Shown here: positions 19,472 through 27,832 of the stretch, piece after piece | Layout: each line of letters opens with the position of its first letter | Position numbering within the stretch: the first letter of the stretch is position 1 | IMG/VR virus record: IMGVR_UViG_3300020045_007445 | Coordinates: 1-38,671 of that record | Length of the DNA stretch: 38,671 nt | Direction: 5' to 3' (one strand) | Source of the DNA: a virus | Lineage: Duplodnaviria > Caudoviricetes | The notes under the pieces: model-generated | The model's database searches: none | Seen by the model: only the letters and a program-made list of their open reading frames with translations | Told to the model about the DNA's origin: nothing | Position numbers and translations under genes: made by a program

Positions 19472-20008
19472 ATGGATTTAAAAGGAATAATTGAGTCAGT
19501 TGTAAAGAATATGCTTGGTAGTATGGCTTATCAGGATGTAGAAAATTTTGTAACGGTAATGGGGGAAGTTGAATATTTTAGTACCACCGGAACATCAGTA
19601 ACAATTGCGAGTGCATCAGACGGTAGCACTAACATGGTTGCTGCTGTAGTTGCGTCAGAAACCATGACAAGCCTATATTTTGACAATGGAGGTGCCAATA
19701 CAGGAAGGATTCGCTACATTGGTAAAAAACCACGAATGCTACATCTTGCCTGTAGTATTAGCATGACACCTGCGATAAGTAACGATCAATTTGTAATGGG
19801 CATTGCAAAAAATGGGACGGTTGACCCTGATTGTAAAGCAATTCAAAAAATGGGAACAACATCAGACACTCAAAGTACAGCGTTGCACTGTATGACGGAG
19901 GTTGTGTATGGGGATTATATGGAGCTTTATGTGGGTAACATGTCAGGCGCGAGAAACGTAACAATAAAAAGCCTTAATATAGGCGTGGTTGGTACAATAA
20001 CTTTATAA
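19472..20008 (+). CDS. Hypothetical beta-sandwich (C1q/TNF-like) virion protein
   Basis: GGAGG RBS; GR..Y.G, I.KNG, GDY.ELYV.N pattern. Confidence 0.5.
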   Translation: MDLKGIIESVVKNMLGSMAYQDVENFVTVMGEVEYFSTTGTSVTIASASDGSTNMVAAVVASETMTSLYFDNGGANTGRIRYIGKKPRMLHLACSISMTPAISNDQFVMGIAKNGTVDPDCKAIQKMGTTSDTQSTALHCMTEVVYGDYMELYVGNMSGARNVTIKSLNIGVVGTITL

Positions 20009-20017
20009 GGAGAGAAA

Positions 20018-20101
20018 ATGCCATTAACATTTACTTTTGCTGTAACAGGTGACACATCAGGAACTGCCCGTATTGCTGTGAATTGGGTTGAGGATGTTTA
20101 A
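20018..20101 (+). CDS. 27-aa mini-ORF, possible deletion remnant
   Basis: TAAGGAG RBS; MPLTFTFAVTGDTSGTARIAVNWVEDV*. Confidence 0.4.
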   Translation: MPLTFTFAVTGDTSGTARIAVNWVEDV

Positions 20102-20113
20102 CAAGTAATGTCG

Positions 20114-20344
20114 CTACCAAAACATCCCCTGCTTTTTTGGCAGGGGTATTAACTGCTTATTTAAACGCTTTTTTTGCATGAAACGACTAACAAATTCCGC
20201 ATTAATCGCTATGCCAGAAAAAAACACATAAGCCATCACAAAATCTAACCAGTAGAAATGACTTCCAGAAAACGTATATCCGTAGCCTTTTGCCAGCGCA
20301 AAACTCCAGAATAAACCTGACAAAATCAAAAAATACAGCTTCAT
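20114..20344 (-). CDS. Small two-TM membrane protein
   Basis: GGGGAG RBS; two hydrophobic segments, basic C-term. Confidence 0.55.
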   Translation of the reverse strand: MKLYFLILSGLFWSFALAKGYGYTFSGSHFYWLDFVMAYVFFSGIAINAEFVSRFMQKKRLNKQLIPLPKKQGMFW

Positions 20345-20494
20345 ATACTCCCCTACCCCGCTTTAAAAATCATTTTTCACGCTTTAACCCACTATTCTGC
20401 CATTTTTTTCTGTGATAGAAGGGCAGGGGAGGGGTTAATCCTCATCATCAAGGTCTGCCGACTGATAGCCGTGTTCTGTTTGCATTGTTTGCAC

Positions 20495-20824
20495 CTATCT
20501 CAACCTTGCTTTTTGCTTTTGATAAATAAACCAGCGGATAGCGTAAGGTTTTTTGTGCGCAGCCCTAACCGCGTCACAAACAGCCTTAAGCTGTTCGTCA
20601 CTTAATGAACGGCGGCGACTTACACGTCTAACTGGCTCTAGGCTTTCATTTAGAAAGCGGCGAAACTCTTTTGCCGCTATTGCCACAATATCCCTTGCTT
20701 CTTTTCTGTCTTTGTGTGGGATGCCGATTGTTTTTATATCCGGCTCGTCATCAACGCCATTACCGTTAACTTCGCTAACAACCAAATCCCCAACTTCAAA
20801 CGGTCTAATGTTTTTTTCTGACAT
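20495..20824 (-). CDS. Hypothetical protein
   Basis: AAGGGGA RBS; in minus-strand gene run. Confidence 0.5.
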   Translation of the reverse strand: MSEKNIRPFEVGDLVVSEVNGNGVDDEPDIKTIGIPHKDRKEARDIVAIAAKEFRRFLNESLEPVRRVSRRRSLSDEQLKAVCDAVRAAHKKPYAIRWFIYQKQKARLR

Positions 20825-21020
20825 TTTTATGATCCCCTTTGTTATGCGATTTTACGCAATGATTTTGACCAAAATGCACCGCTGAAACGATTGTATAAAC
20901 CCACAATGTTGTTAGCAGTGCAAAGACAATGTAAGGCAATAAAGCCTTTTTGATTGCGGTGTAAAAAGGGGGTGATGTGCTGTAAGAGTTATCACCCCAG
21001 TGGATTGTGGGTTTGCTCAT
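20805..21020 (-). CDS. Small single-TM protein
   Basis: ATGA overlap with upstream gene; one hydrophobic stretch. Confidence 0.5.
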   Translation of the reverse strand: MSKPTIHWGDNSYSTSPPFYTAIKKALLPYIVFALLTTLWVYTIVSAVHFGQNHCVKSHNKGDHKNVRKKH

Positions 21021-21430
21021 TGGTTATTTTTAATCGATTTTCTCTGAAAAAAATACTGTATTTCTTCAACGTCACCTTTATCAAGCTTAAGCCATCCATT
21101 ATCAACATTCGTTGCTGAAAATGTTGATTGCAGGTGTTTTTCATCTTGCATTGTGCCAGTGAATTTATGAATCAATTTAGCACTTGGACATCCGGTTTTT
21201 AATTGGCTTAATCTCTTTTCAGGATTGCCGCTGAATCCTATTTTAATGTGACCTTGTTCGTTTTCAATGAGATAAACAAACGTGTCTTGTGGTGGGTTTT
21301 TTACGGGTTTGAATTGGGGTTTTGGTGGGGATTGTTCGGTTGTGCAAACAAGCAATAAAGCTTGCTGTTTTTGATGGTCACTTAAAGAAGTGCTTAGAAT
21401 TGTGGCAATTGCCTGTTCGATTTTGTTCAT
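21017..21430 (-). CDS. GIY-YIG (T5orf172/MUG113-like) domain protein
   Basis: FVYLI....IKIGFS.NP.KRL.QL.TG.P ... EK.L...F. Confidence 0.8.
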   Translation of the reverse strand: MNKIEQAIATILSTSLSDHQKQQALLLVCTTEQSPPKPQFKPVKNPPQDTFVYLIENEQGHIKIGFSGNPEKRLSQLKTGCPSAKLIHKFTGTMQDEKHLQSTFSATNVDNGWLKLDKGDVEEIQYFFQRKSIKNNQ

Positions 21431-21446
21431 AATTTCCTCGGTTAGA

Positions 21447-21552
21447 AATTGTCGGTATGAGTTGGAAACGTGACAGGCAATTACCGATAATTGTTTTTCC
21501 CCCGCCCCCGCTAAGGATAAGAGTAGTCACGTTTTGAGGCTGTATTATACCA
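21447..21552 (-). promoter_or_regulatory. Promoter plus two-hairpin leader with complementary loops (class I variant)
   Basis: TGGTATAAT at 21552-21544; gtcacgttt 21526-21534 complements aaacgtgac 21466-21474. Confidence 0.55.
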
Positions 21553-21574
21553 AAAAATCCATTTAGAAAAACGT

Positions 21575-22909
21575 TTATTTTCCGTTTTCTAGTTTCCATG
21601 AAATCAATCTACAAGCGTTATTACAGAACCGCTTGCCCGTCCTAGGTTTGGGAAACTGTACGCCACATTGTTGGCAATGAGTGCCTAAATCACCAATAAC
21701 AACTACTTTTGACATGATATTTTCCGTTTTTTCCGTTGGAACGGTTGCGTTATCCGTTTTTTTAGGCTTTAAAACGTTTTTTTCCGTTTCGTTAGTAGGT
21801 AATGCGTTTGTATCAACAAACCCAATAAACCCCTTTTCAGGTCTAGGCGTATCGTCATACATTTGCTCTGTTAAATCTTCAATATGACCCGCTTTAATCG
21901 TTTGTGATTTTTCAGCAGAAACTGGTTGCTGTGGCTTTACAAACATCCTGTTAAAAATCGGTTCAGGATGTTGCTGAACGGGTTTAAAAGTTGGTTGCTG
22001 TGGGGTAGGGGATTGGTGATTATTGGCAATAACATCATCAATTAACTCTTTTGTTCTGTGTTTAATTTCATCGTAATTATCACCAATTAAACACCCAACA
22101 AAATACAGACCTCCGTTTGTAATATACGAAACAATTACAGTGATTAAGATAGCCACTGCCAATAATAAATTTTTACCGTCTTCTTTAGAACTTGTCATTA
22201 ATGCCGCCAATGGCATCATTACAAAATCTTTTAACGAATTGCTGTCTGTACCGTTATCTCCCGCGACTGATTTAAGCGTATCAATTCTATTTTGATTAGC
22301 TTGCCTAGCTGAATTAATTTCAGATAACTCTTTGTTTACCGTTTCATAATTAGCTCCGTGTAAAGTTTTGCATTGATTAATCTTTGCCCATTTATTGCTT
22401 TTACCTTTGTCGCCCTGCAATTTATCACAGTTACCTTTTGATATTAATTCGCTTGCAGCGCGTTTGTTTAATTCTGTTACATGACCAGAACTAGATTGCT
22501 TTGAATCAATAACAACTGAATCGCTTTGCAATCCCCTTACTATTGCCATCTTTGCTTGATGCTCAGTTGAGTGTTCGATTTTTACAGTCGAATAATCAAC
22601 CCACATTGTACAAAAAAAGCTGATCCAGACGAGCAGGGAATAAATAGCCAAAAGCACCGATAAAAACCCTAAAGCATAAAACGCCGTTTCTTTTCCTCGC
22701 GTTTTTAACGCTGAACTTGCCATAACCGATATAGCAGAAAATGCACCAAGCAAACCGCCCATCCATCCCATGACGTTCTTTTGATAGGGTGTAGTGGCGT
22801 TTTCCACACCTGTGCATACATCCACATATATTTCTAATGCGATTAATCCAAAAACAATTAACGCCATAAATCCGGCGGTTAAATGGAATTTTTCTTTTGT
22901 TCCGTTCAT
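21575..22909 (-). CDS. Multi-TM membrane protein with coiled coil and C-terminal C4 zinc finger
   Basis: Three N-terminal hydrophobic helices, soluble coiled region, further TM, Pro/Gln linker, CQQCG...RFCNNACR. Confidence 0.7.
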   Translation of the reverse strand: MNGTKEKFHLTAGFMALIVFGLIALEIYVDVCTGVENATTPYQKNVMGWMGGLLGAFSAISVMASSALKTRGKETAFYALGFLSVLLAIYSLLVWISFFCTMWVDYSTVKIEHSTEHQAKMAIVRGLQSDSVVIDSKQSSSGHVTELNKRAASELISKGNCDKLQGDKGKSNKWAKINQCKTLHGANYETVNKELSEINSARQANQNRIDTLKSVAGDNGTDSNSLKDFVMMPLAALMTSSKEDGKNLLLAVAILITVIVSYITNGGLYFVGCLIGDNYDEIKHRTKELIDDVIANNHQSPTPQQPTFKPVQQHPEPIFNRMFVKPQQPVSAEKSQTIKAGHIEDLTEQMYDDTPRPEKGFIGFVDTNALPTNETEKNVLKPKKTDNATVPTEKTENIMSKVVVIGDLGTHCQQCGVQFPKPRTGKRFCNNACRLISWKLENGK

Positions 22910-22923
22910 TTCTTTTCCCCAAC

Positions 22924-23043
22924 AAAAAACCCGCTCGAATCGCTACTACACGATAAGGCGGGTTCTTCATAACAATCAACTTAGATTATTTTATTAGGCT
23001 AGGTAGTAGGCAAGCACACTAAAATAACGACTGTATTGTATCA
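22924..23043 (-). promoter_or_regulatory. Promoter plus kissing-loop/terminator leader (class I, copy A)
   Basis: TGaTACAAT; RNA loops CUACUAC and GUAGUAG; second hairpin aacccgc/gcggguu plus U-run. Confidence 0.7.
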
Positions 23044-23478
23044 AACTTCCCCTCGATAGAAAACATGACTACCGATAATAACCGGATGATGACCCTTAAA
23101 TCTAACGCCTAATCGTTTTGTGTTGTAAAAAACAGCCCCATTAGTTAGGTCTTTACCCATGCTGGCAATAGTTGCGTTTTTAGCCATTGTAACTGCTTTT
23201 TTGTCAGACATTGTGGTAACAAAAAAGCCATCACGATAGCTAAATTGCTTGCGTTCTTTGATGATAGAGCAAACGCCTTTATGCTTACGCTTTGCCCTGT
23301 TTCTAATCACATTTGCTACTGCGATTTGACCGATAAAGCTTTCGCCCCTTGCCTCGTGATAAACTGCTTCAATCATGCAGTTTTCATCAGCGTGTGCCGC
23401 AGCTCTATCAGACATGATAATGGCAAATAGCCCCATAATAAAAATAAATATCAACTGTTTTATGTATTTCATAATCAA
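23041..23478 (-). CDS. Cell wall hydrolase (SleB/Hydrolase_2) with signal peptide
   Basis: C..EAVYHEARGES..GQIAVANVI.NR, QFS, T.GA.FY, IG.H.FY; hydrophobic N-term ending AAAHA. Confidence 0.9.
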   Translation of the reverse strand: MIMKYIKQLIFIFIMGLFAIIMSDRAAAHADENCMIEAVYHEARGESFIGQIAVANVIRNRAKRKHKGVCSIIKERKQFSYRDGFFVTTMSDKKAVTMAKNATIASMGKDLTNGAVFYNTKRLGVRFKGHHPVIIGSHVFYRGEV

Positions 23479-23759
23479 ACCTTTTTTATTATTAATTGGT
23501 TTTCGCCAAGCAAATGATTAATTTTGTAAACATCAATATTATGATTAACAAAAGACAGTTTTAATGTTCCTTTTTGTATTTTTTCAAACACATCTGGAGA
23601 TGCGTAAATAACAGCATCAGAGGGAAGCTCGTGAGGAAATTTACTAAAATCACCATTTGCGTTTTTTATAGCAAGCCATAATTTTTCGTTATCCAAATCA
23701 ATTTTGGCTTTAGCTTCTATAATTAGTTGTATTGATTTTATTGATTCATTCACAATCAA
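23475..23759 (-). CDS. Hypothetical protein
   Basis: GGAGG RBS; TTGA overlaps both sides. Confidence 0.55.
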   Translation of the reverse strand: MIVNESIKSIQLIIEAKAKIDLDNEKLWLAIKNANGDFSKFPHELPSDAVIYASPDVFEKIQKGTLKLSFVNHNIDVYKINHLLGENQLIIKKV

Positions 23760-24289
23760 ACCTCCTTAATAGGTGGGAATGGGTGACGTAAATGCTCACT
23801 CACATAAAACTGATTATATTCACCGTCAATTTTTCCAATCGCTAAAAAATCAACTTCGTTCAGCACTTCAAAATCAATAACCGGCTTTTTTAAATCTCCA
23901 CAATACCACTCAACCGCCACCCCAGCCCGCGCCCATTCAACATTAAATGGTGCATTTGCGTAAAGCTTACGGCGATAGTTTAATGTAGGCTTAAAGCTTA
24001 TTGGTCTGTCGCAATCAAACCATCTATCTACCCAGTCTGCAGTACCGTTGTCTTTATACTGCCACTCATACATCAAAACCGCCCACTTGCCATAACGCTC
24101 AATATCAAGCTGAATTAGCTTGTCTAGTGGTTTTAAAGAAAATCCCATATCGCTGTTTAGTGCGTCTAATGCACCTTCATTGTTTTTAAAATAACTTGGA
24201 TTTAAACCTTTTTGTTTCCATCGTTCTTCAAACAACTCAAAAGCCCTATCCCCACGCTCTGCCAGCGCGGCTTTCCACACTTCATTCAT
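23756..24289 (-). CDS. Hypothetical protein
   Basis: 177 aa ORF coupled to neighbours. Confidence 0.6.
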   Translation of the reverse strand: MNEVWKAALAERGDRAFELFEERWKQKGLNPSYFKNNEGALDALNSDMGFSLKPLDKLIQLDIERYGKWAVLMYEWQYKDNGTADWVDRWFDCDRPISFKPTLNYRRKLYANAPFNVEWARAGVAVEWYCGDLKKPVIDFEVLNEVDFLAIGKIDGEYNQFYVSEHLRHPFPPIKEV

Positions 24290-24617
24290 GATAATAACTC
24301 CAAAAAAAAACAGGAAAAATATGAATTAACAAAGGGTCTTTGTTAATTTCTTCGATAGTCCTGCGTGGACTATAAGCCGCAGTTTTCTGTTTTATTGTTT
24401 CCGGTGGAATACCCAAAAAATCGGCATAAATTTGAGCGGATGACTTGTAAGGAACTCTGTCAATATCCGCTAGTCTAGCGATTGCCGAGGCACTAATTAC
24501 TTTTCCTGTTGTGGTTAGAATCTGTTCTGAGATTTGGTTTGCAGAAACGTATTTCCGCCCCGTTAGCTGCTTTGTTTTGTCGGTTAGTTTTTCGAGTATT
24601 TCTTGAGAATTTAGCAT
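24282..24617 (-). CDS. Putative helix-turn-helix protein
   Basis: QISEQI...G..ISASAIARL...P......YADFLGI.PE resembles an XRE-like HTH. Confidence 0.5.
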   Translation of the reverse strand: MLNSQEILEKLTDKTKQLTGRKYVSANQISEQILTTTGKVISASAIARLADIDRVPYKSSAQIYADFLGIPPETIKQKTAAYSPRRTIEEINKDPLLIHIFPVFFWSYYHE

Positions 24618-24629
24618 TTTTTGACATTT

Positions 24630-24761
24630 TTATTTAGAAAATAGAATTGCAAATCCAATCCAAAACCCAGCCCAGCAGATTCCGTTGCCGATGCTGTAAC
24701 CCATATCAGCAAAACCTTTAGCTTTTATCTTTTCAATTTGTAAACATAATTCTTCGCTCAT
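24630..24761 (-). CDS. 43-aa single-TM protein (not in ORF track)
   Basis: MSEELCLQIEKIKAKGFADMGYSIGNGICWAGFWIGFAILFSK*; first ORF after leader B. Confidence 0.55.
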   Translation of the reverse strand: MSEELCLQIEKIKAKGFADMGYSIGNGICWAGFWIGFAILFSK

Positions 24762-24775
24762 TTTCTTTCTCTCAT

Positions 24776-24922
24776 AAAAAAACCGCTGTCCTTGTGTCAA
24801 ATGGGGTGCGACACAGGACTAGCGGTTTAAACCAAAAGGTTTAGATAAATTCACGCACCCCTGCGTATTTGTCTAAACGATTTAAGCGTGGTTATTATTG
24901 CATTGTTAGCTATGCTTTGCAA
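24776..24922 (-). promoter_or_regulatory. Promoter plus kissing-loop/terminator leader (class I, copy B)
   Basis: TTGCAA-17-AATAAT; RNA GGGGUGCG and CGCACCCC at hairpin tips; aaaccgcu/agcgguuu plus U-run. Confidence 0.7.
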
Positions 24923-24975
24923 CCGGATAATTCTTGATAAAATCAAACTGATTATCGTATTTTCTAGTCGGCTTT

Positions 24976-25410
24976 TTATTCCCCCGTTAAAATTAATTGA
25001 TTTATCTCTTTGATTCTTTCTAGATAAAGGCTTGTCATATCTTTACCGAGATTATCATCACCAAGACCATTAGATTTAAGATCTAACGCAAAATTATTGA
25101 TAGCGCATCTAATTGTCATTGACATTGCGCTTGTTACAAGTGTGCCATTGATTGTTATCACTGGTTCTTCTTTCATTTCATCTCCCATCAAAACCCGTTT
25201 AAACCGCCCAACTGTTGAATCAGACATTTCAGCTAAATAGCCTTTATCCCGCAAATAACTAAAGCAGTGAAAACCATCACAGCCCATTCCAAACAATGAC
25301 CGGATAGCCTTAGCTATCCTTCCAATATTTTCTAAATGCTCACAATTCCATGAGCAATATATTTCTGGGTTTCCCGTTGTGTCGCATTGACAGCGTGGAC
25401 AGTTGCTCAT
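24976..25410 (-). CDS. Hypothetical protein with N-terminal Cys cluster
   Basis: CPRC...YCSWNC; C-term EP.ITING....AMSMTIR.A. Confidence 0.55.
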   Translation of the reverse strand: MSNCPRCQCDTTGNPEIYCSWNCEHLENIGRIAKAIRSLFGMGCDGFHCFSYLRDKGYLAEMSDSTVGRFKRVLMGDEMKEEPVITINGTLVTSAMSMTIRCAINNFALDLKSNGLGDDNLGKDMTSLYLERIKEINQLILTGE

Positions 25411-25413
25411 TTT

Positions 25414-25590
25414 TTAATCATCCAGTTCAACGATAACAACAGCATCTTTTAACGGGCAAGATTCATTAATTGAGTCGCTCTCAACATTATCTGCAATTAA
25501 AACATCATTATTCAGATTGCAACTTTTACCACCTTCAAACACGCAAAAACGGCATGAGGTGACTTTTATTTTTTCGGTTGGCTTGTTCAT
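25414..25590 (-). CDS. 58-aa Cys-rich protein (not in ORF track)
   Basis: MNKPTEKIKVTSCRFCVF...CNL...CPLKD...*. Confidence 0.55.
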   Translation of the reverse strand: MNKPTEKIKVTSCRFCVFEGGKSCNLNNDVLIADNVESDSINESCPLKDAVVIVELDD

Positions 25591-25634
25591 TTCAAATCCC
25601 TGCCAGTTTTAACCGACTGGCGGCGGTAAGATTG

Positions 25635-25751
25635 TTAATTTAAAGCTTTTTTCAAAGATTCACTAATCTTGAAGAAAGGTCTAATCCTTGCTTTGATAAT
25701 AATGTCCTCTCCGGTTTGAGGTTTTTTACCCAGTCTTTGCTTGTAGAAAAA
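25635..25751 (-). pseudogene. HU/IHF C-terminal half without start codon
   Basis: QRLGKKPQTGEDIIIKARIRPFFKISESLKKALN* matches the HU arm consensus R.GRNPQTGE.I.I.A...P.FK....LK.A.N. Confidence 0.75.
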
Positions 25752-26366
25752 CTAAACTGATGACGATGATTCTCTTAGTCTGGGAAACACTGAAAAGTCC
25801 TTATCTTTTATTCGCTTAATTTCTTGCTCAAAAATTTCAGCGTGTGGCGATACCTTATCTTTAAACTCAAAATCCACCGCAAAATAATCAGTTTTCACAC
25901 CGTCAATCACAGTGCTTTTGCTAACAAATTTTGCAGTTAAGACACATCCGTAAATGCTTTTAACGCCCTCTCTGTATGCAGTTTGACCGCATACTTTTAG
26001 ATTTCCAATTGACTCTTTTTTAAACAAAGTAGTAAAAATGAAGCCGTCTTTATCAATCCCAGCAAGATAAACCCAATCTAAAACCGGATAATTGAACAGC
26101 TTTTTTTGAACCAAAGGGGCAGCAAAAAGAAGCGTAAAGGTCATTTCATCGCTGAAAATCGTTTTTTTACCTAGCCTAACCGCGCCTTTTTTGCAATCAT
26201 AAATATATTCAAGCGTTTGCGGTCTATCGCTGTCAACATTAAAAAAACCAGATTCCAGCGTTATTTCACCACCAACGTTTGAAACCGCAACAGCATTGGC
26301 TGTGTTTTCTGCTGACTCAACGATAACGCCGTCAGCGTCAACTTGTGTTTGTAATTCTTTGCTCAT
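25752..26366 (-). CDS. Hypothetical protein, possible ssDNA-binding/annealing partner of exonuclease
   Basis: Directly downstream of RecE-like gene; aromatic beta-rich; function from synteny only. Confidence 0.45.
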   Translation of the reverse strand: MSKELQTQVDADGVIVESAENTANAVAVSNVGGEITLESGFFNVDSDRPQTLEYIYDCKKGAVRLGKKTIFSDEMTFTLLFAAPLVQKKLFNYPVLDWVYLAGIDKDGFIFTTLFKKESIGNLKVCGQTAYREGVKSIYGCVLTAKFVSKSTVIDGVKTDYFAVDFEFKDKVSPHAEIFEQEIKRIKDKDFSVFPRLRESSSSV

Positions 26367-26376
26367 TATTTTCGCC

Positions 26377-27567
26377 CTATAAATTTAAAAAGCCATCATC
26401 ATTAGTTTCAAAATCACTCAAATCATCTTCTGTTTTTGAATAATCATCAAACCCACTCATACTGCTTACCTCACAAAATCCCGCATATTCACCGCGTGAT
26501 TCTTTCTCTTTGCCTTCACTAAAATTTCTTAAAGCTTGTTCTACTTTTGCATTGCCAGACGCTAATACGGCATCGTTAAGCTGCACTAGAAAAACATGGT
26601 GCGGTGCTGAACTTGATACAGCTATGTAAATCACCGGATAATCAAATCCTGCCAATAACTCATGTTCGCAATCCTTGTCTAATTCAAGCGTTTCAGAATA
26701 ATGCCCCGCCTGAATATCGTAACCAAGCCATCTAAACTGCCGCATAAATCCGGCTGCGGTAGTTTCGCGGGTAGTCTTTAAATCAACAAAACCAACCGTT
26801 TTTTTTGCGTTTTTCTTGATTGCTACGTCACGGGTAGCGCGTTTTGTAACGGTTTCGCCATTCTCCAGAACATAATCCCATTTTTCAACTTGCTGGAACT
26901 CTAAATCAGGATTATTTTTATCAAAAAAACGCGCGGCTATCGGGTGGTTCATAATCGCGTCACGCATAGCGTAAACAGCACTTTCTTCTGACTCGGTCAG
27001 TAAGATAAAGCCTTTTGCCTTCATTACTGCATTAGCTTCTTTTCCTGCGTTACTTCGTTCACTTTCACGCCGCGCAAAAGGCTTGCTTGTGTTTTGGCAT
27101 AGCAGGCTATCAAGCGCGTTACCGATTCTAAAATGCGCCGCATCATCATCTTCTTGGCTTAGCCAGTGCATATAATTTGCATAGCCAGTGCCTTGATTAC
27201 TGAGGATTTTTAATGCACTACTGCCAAATATTTTGCCGTTGCCTTTGTCATAACCGCCGGAAGTAATTTTGTCAGGTTTTGGATTAACAGTCGCTTTAGG
27301 CTGTTCTTTTACAACTTCGACAATCTCAGGCTTAACACTGCAATAGTCCATAAAATCGGTAGCATTAACCACATCAACTAATTCCCCAGCTACAGCGACC
27401 TCGCGACCTTTCCAGTAAGCTGATTTAGTCAGCGCGGTAAATTCAGCGTTTAAGCTTACTTCCACACAATGGCTTGATACAATCTTGCCACTGACATTTA
27501 AAAAGTCGGCAATGGCATTAACGCCCACGTCTTGCTGATGTATCTCAATCAATCTGATTTTTCGCAT
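26377..27567 (-). CDS. PD-(D/E)XK exonuclease VIII/RecE-like (DUF3799)
   Basis: SS.LK, F.IG.A...L, M.DAI..HP.A, VDLKTT, F......GYDIQAG.Y, IAV....PH. Confidence 0.8.
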   Translation of the reverse strand: MRKIRLIEIHQQDVGVNAIADFLNVSGKIVSSHCVEVSLNAEFTALTKSAYWKGREVAVAGELVDVVNATDFMDYCSVKPEIVEVVKEQPKATVNPKPDKITSGGYDKGNGKIFGSSALKILSNQGTGYANYMHWLSQEDDDAAHFRIGNALDSLLCQNTSKPFARRESERSNAGKEANAVMKAKGFILLTESEESAVYAMRDAIMNHPIAARFFDKNNPDLEFQQVEKWDYVLENGETVTKRATRDVAIKKNAKKTVGFVDLKTTRETTAAGFMRQFRWLGYDIQAGHYSETLELDKDCEHELLAGFDYPVIYIAVSSSAPHHVFLVQLNDAVLASGNAKVEQALRNFSEGKEKESRGEYAGFCEVSSMSGFDDYSKTEDDLSDFETNDDGFLNL

Positions 27568-27715
27568 TTTCCGCCGCCTTATTTAGCTTTTCATTGTCAC
27601 GCTTAACGCCATCCCTGATAAATCGCTCTAGCACGTCCTTTAAAAGGCACTGTGTTTCAGCGCAGTGCTTTTTTAGTGCATGGTGAGCTGAATTGCTAAT
27701 CTGTACTGTTTTCAA
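27545..27715 (-). CDS. Small ribbon-helix-helix DNA-binding protein
   Basis: AAGGAGGT RBS before TTG 27715; KTVQIS..AH.ALK..C. Confidence 0.6.
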   Translation of the reverse strand: MKTVQISNSAHHALKKHCAETQCLLKDVLERFIRDGVKRDNEKLNKAAENAKNQID

Positions 27716-27750
27716 TTTTACCTCCTTCAAATTCTATTTGATTTTTAAGC

Positions 27751-27779
27751 ATTATAACTGCATTAATGCAAAACTACAA
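27751..27779 (-). promoter_or_regulatory. Sigma70 promoter with palindromic operator in spacer
   Basis: TTGTAG-17-TATAAT; perfect TGCATTAATGCA at 27759-27770. Confidence 0.65.
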
Positions 27780-27832
27780 TACTACAGAAAAGTTATTTAA
27801 AGACAAAATAAACTACCTTTTGTTAAAAAATA

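Noticed and set aside
14697-20008. Diversity-generating retroelement or invertible fibre cassette
   Set aside because: No reverse transcriptase, invertase or TR/VR repeat pair seen among the fibre genes.
20114-20344. Holin call
   Set aside because: Two TM segments fit, but there is no adjacent endolysin and it is on the early strand; left as a membrane protein.
25752-25754. Genome-wide TAG recoding
   Set aside because: Other genes end cleanly at TAG (e.g. 19470, 26377, 37649) and long genes are not interrupted by TAG.
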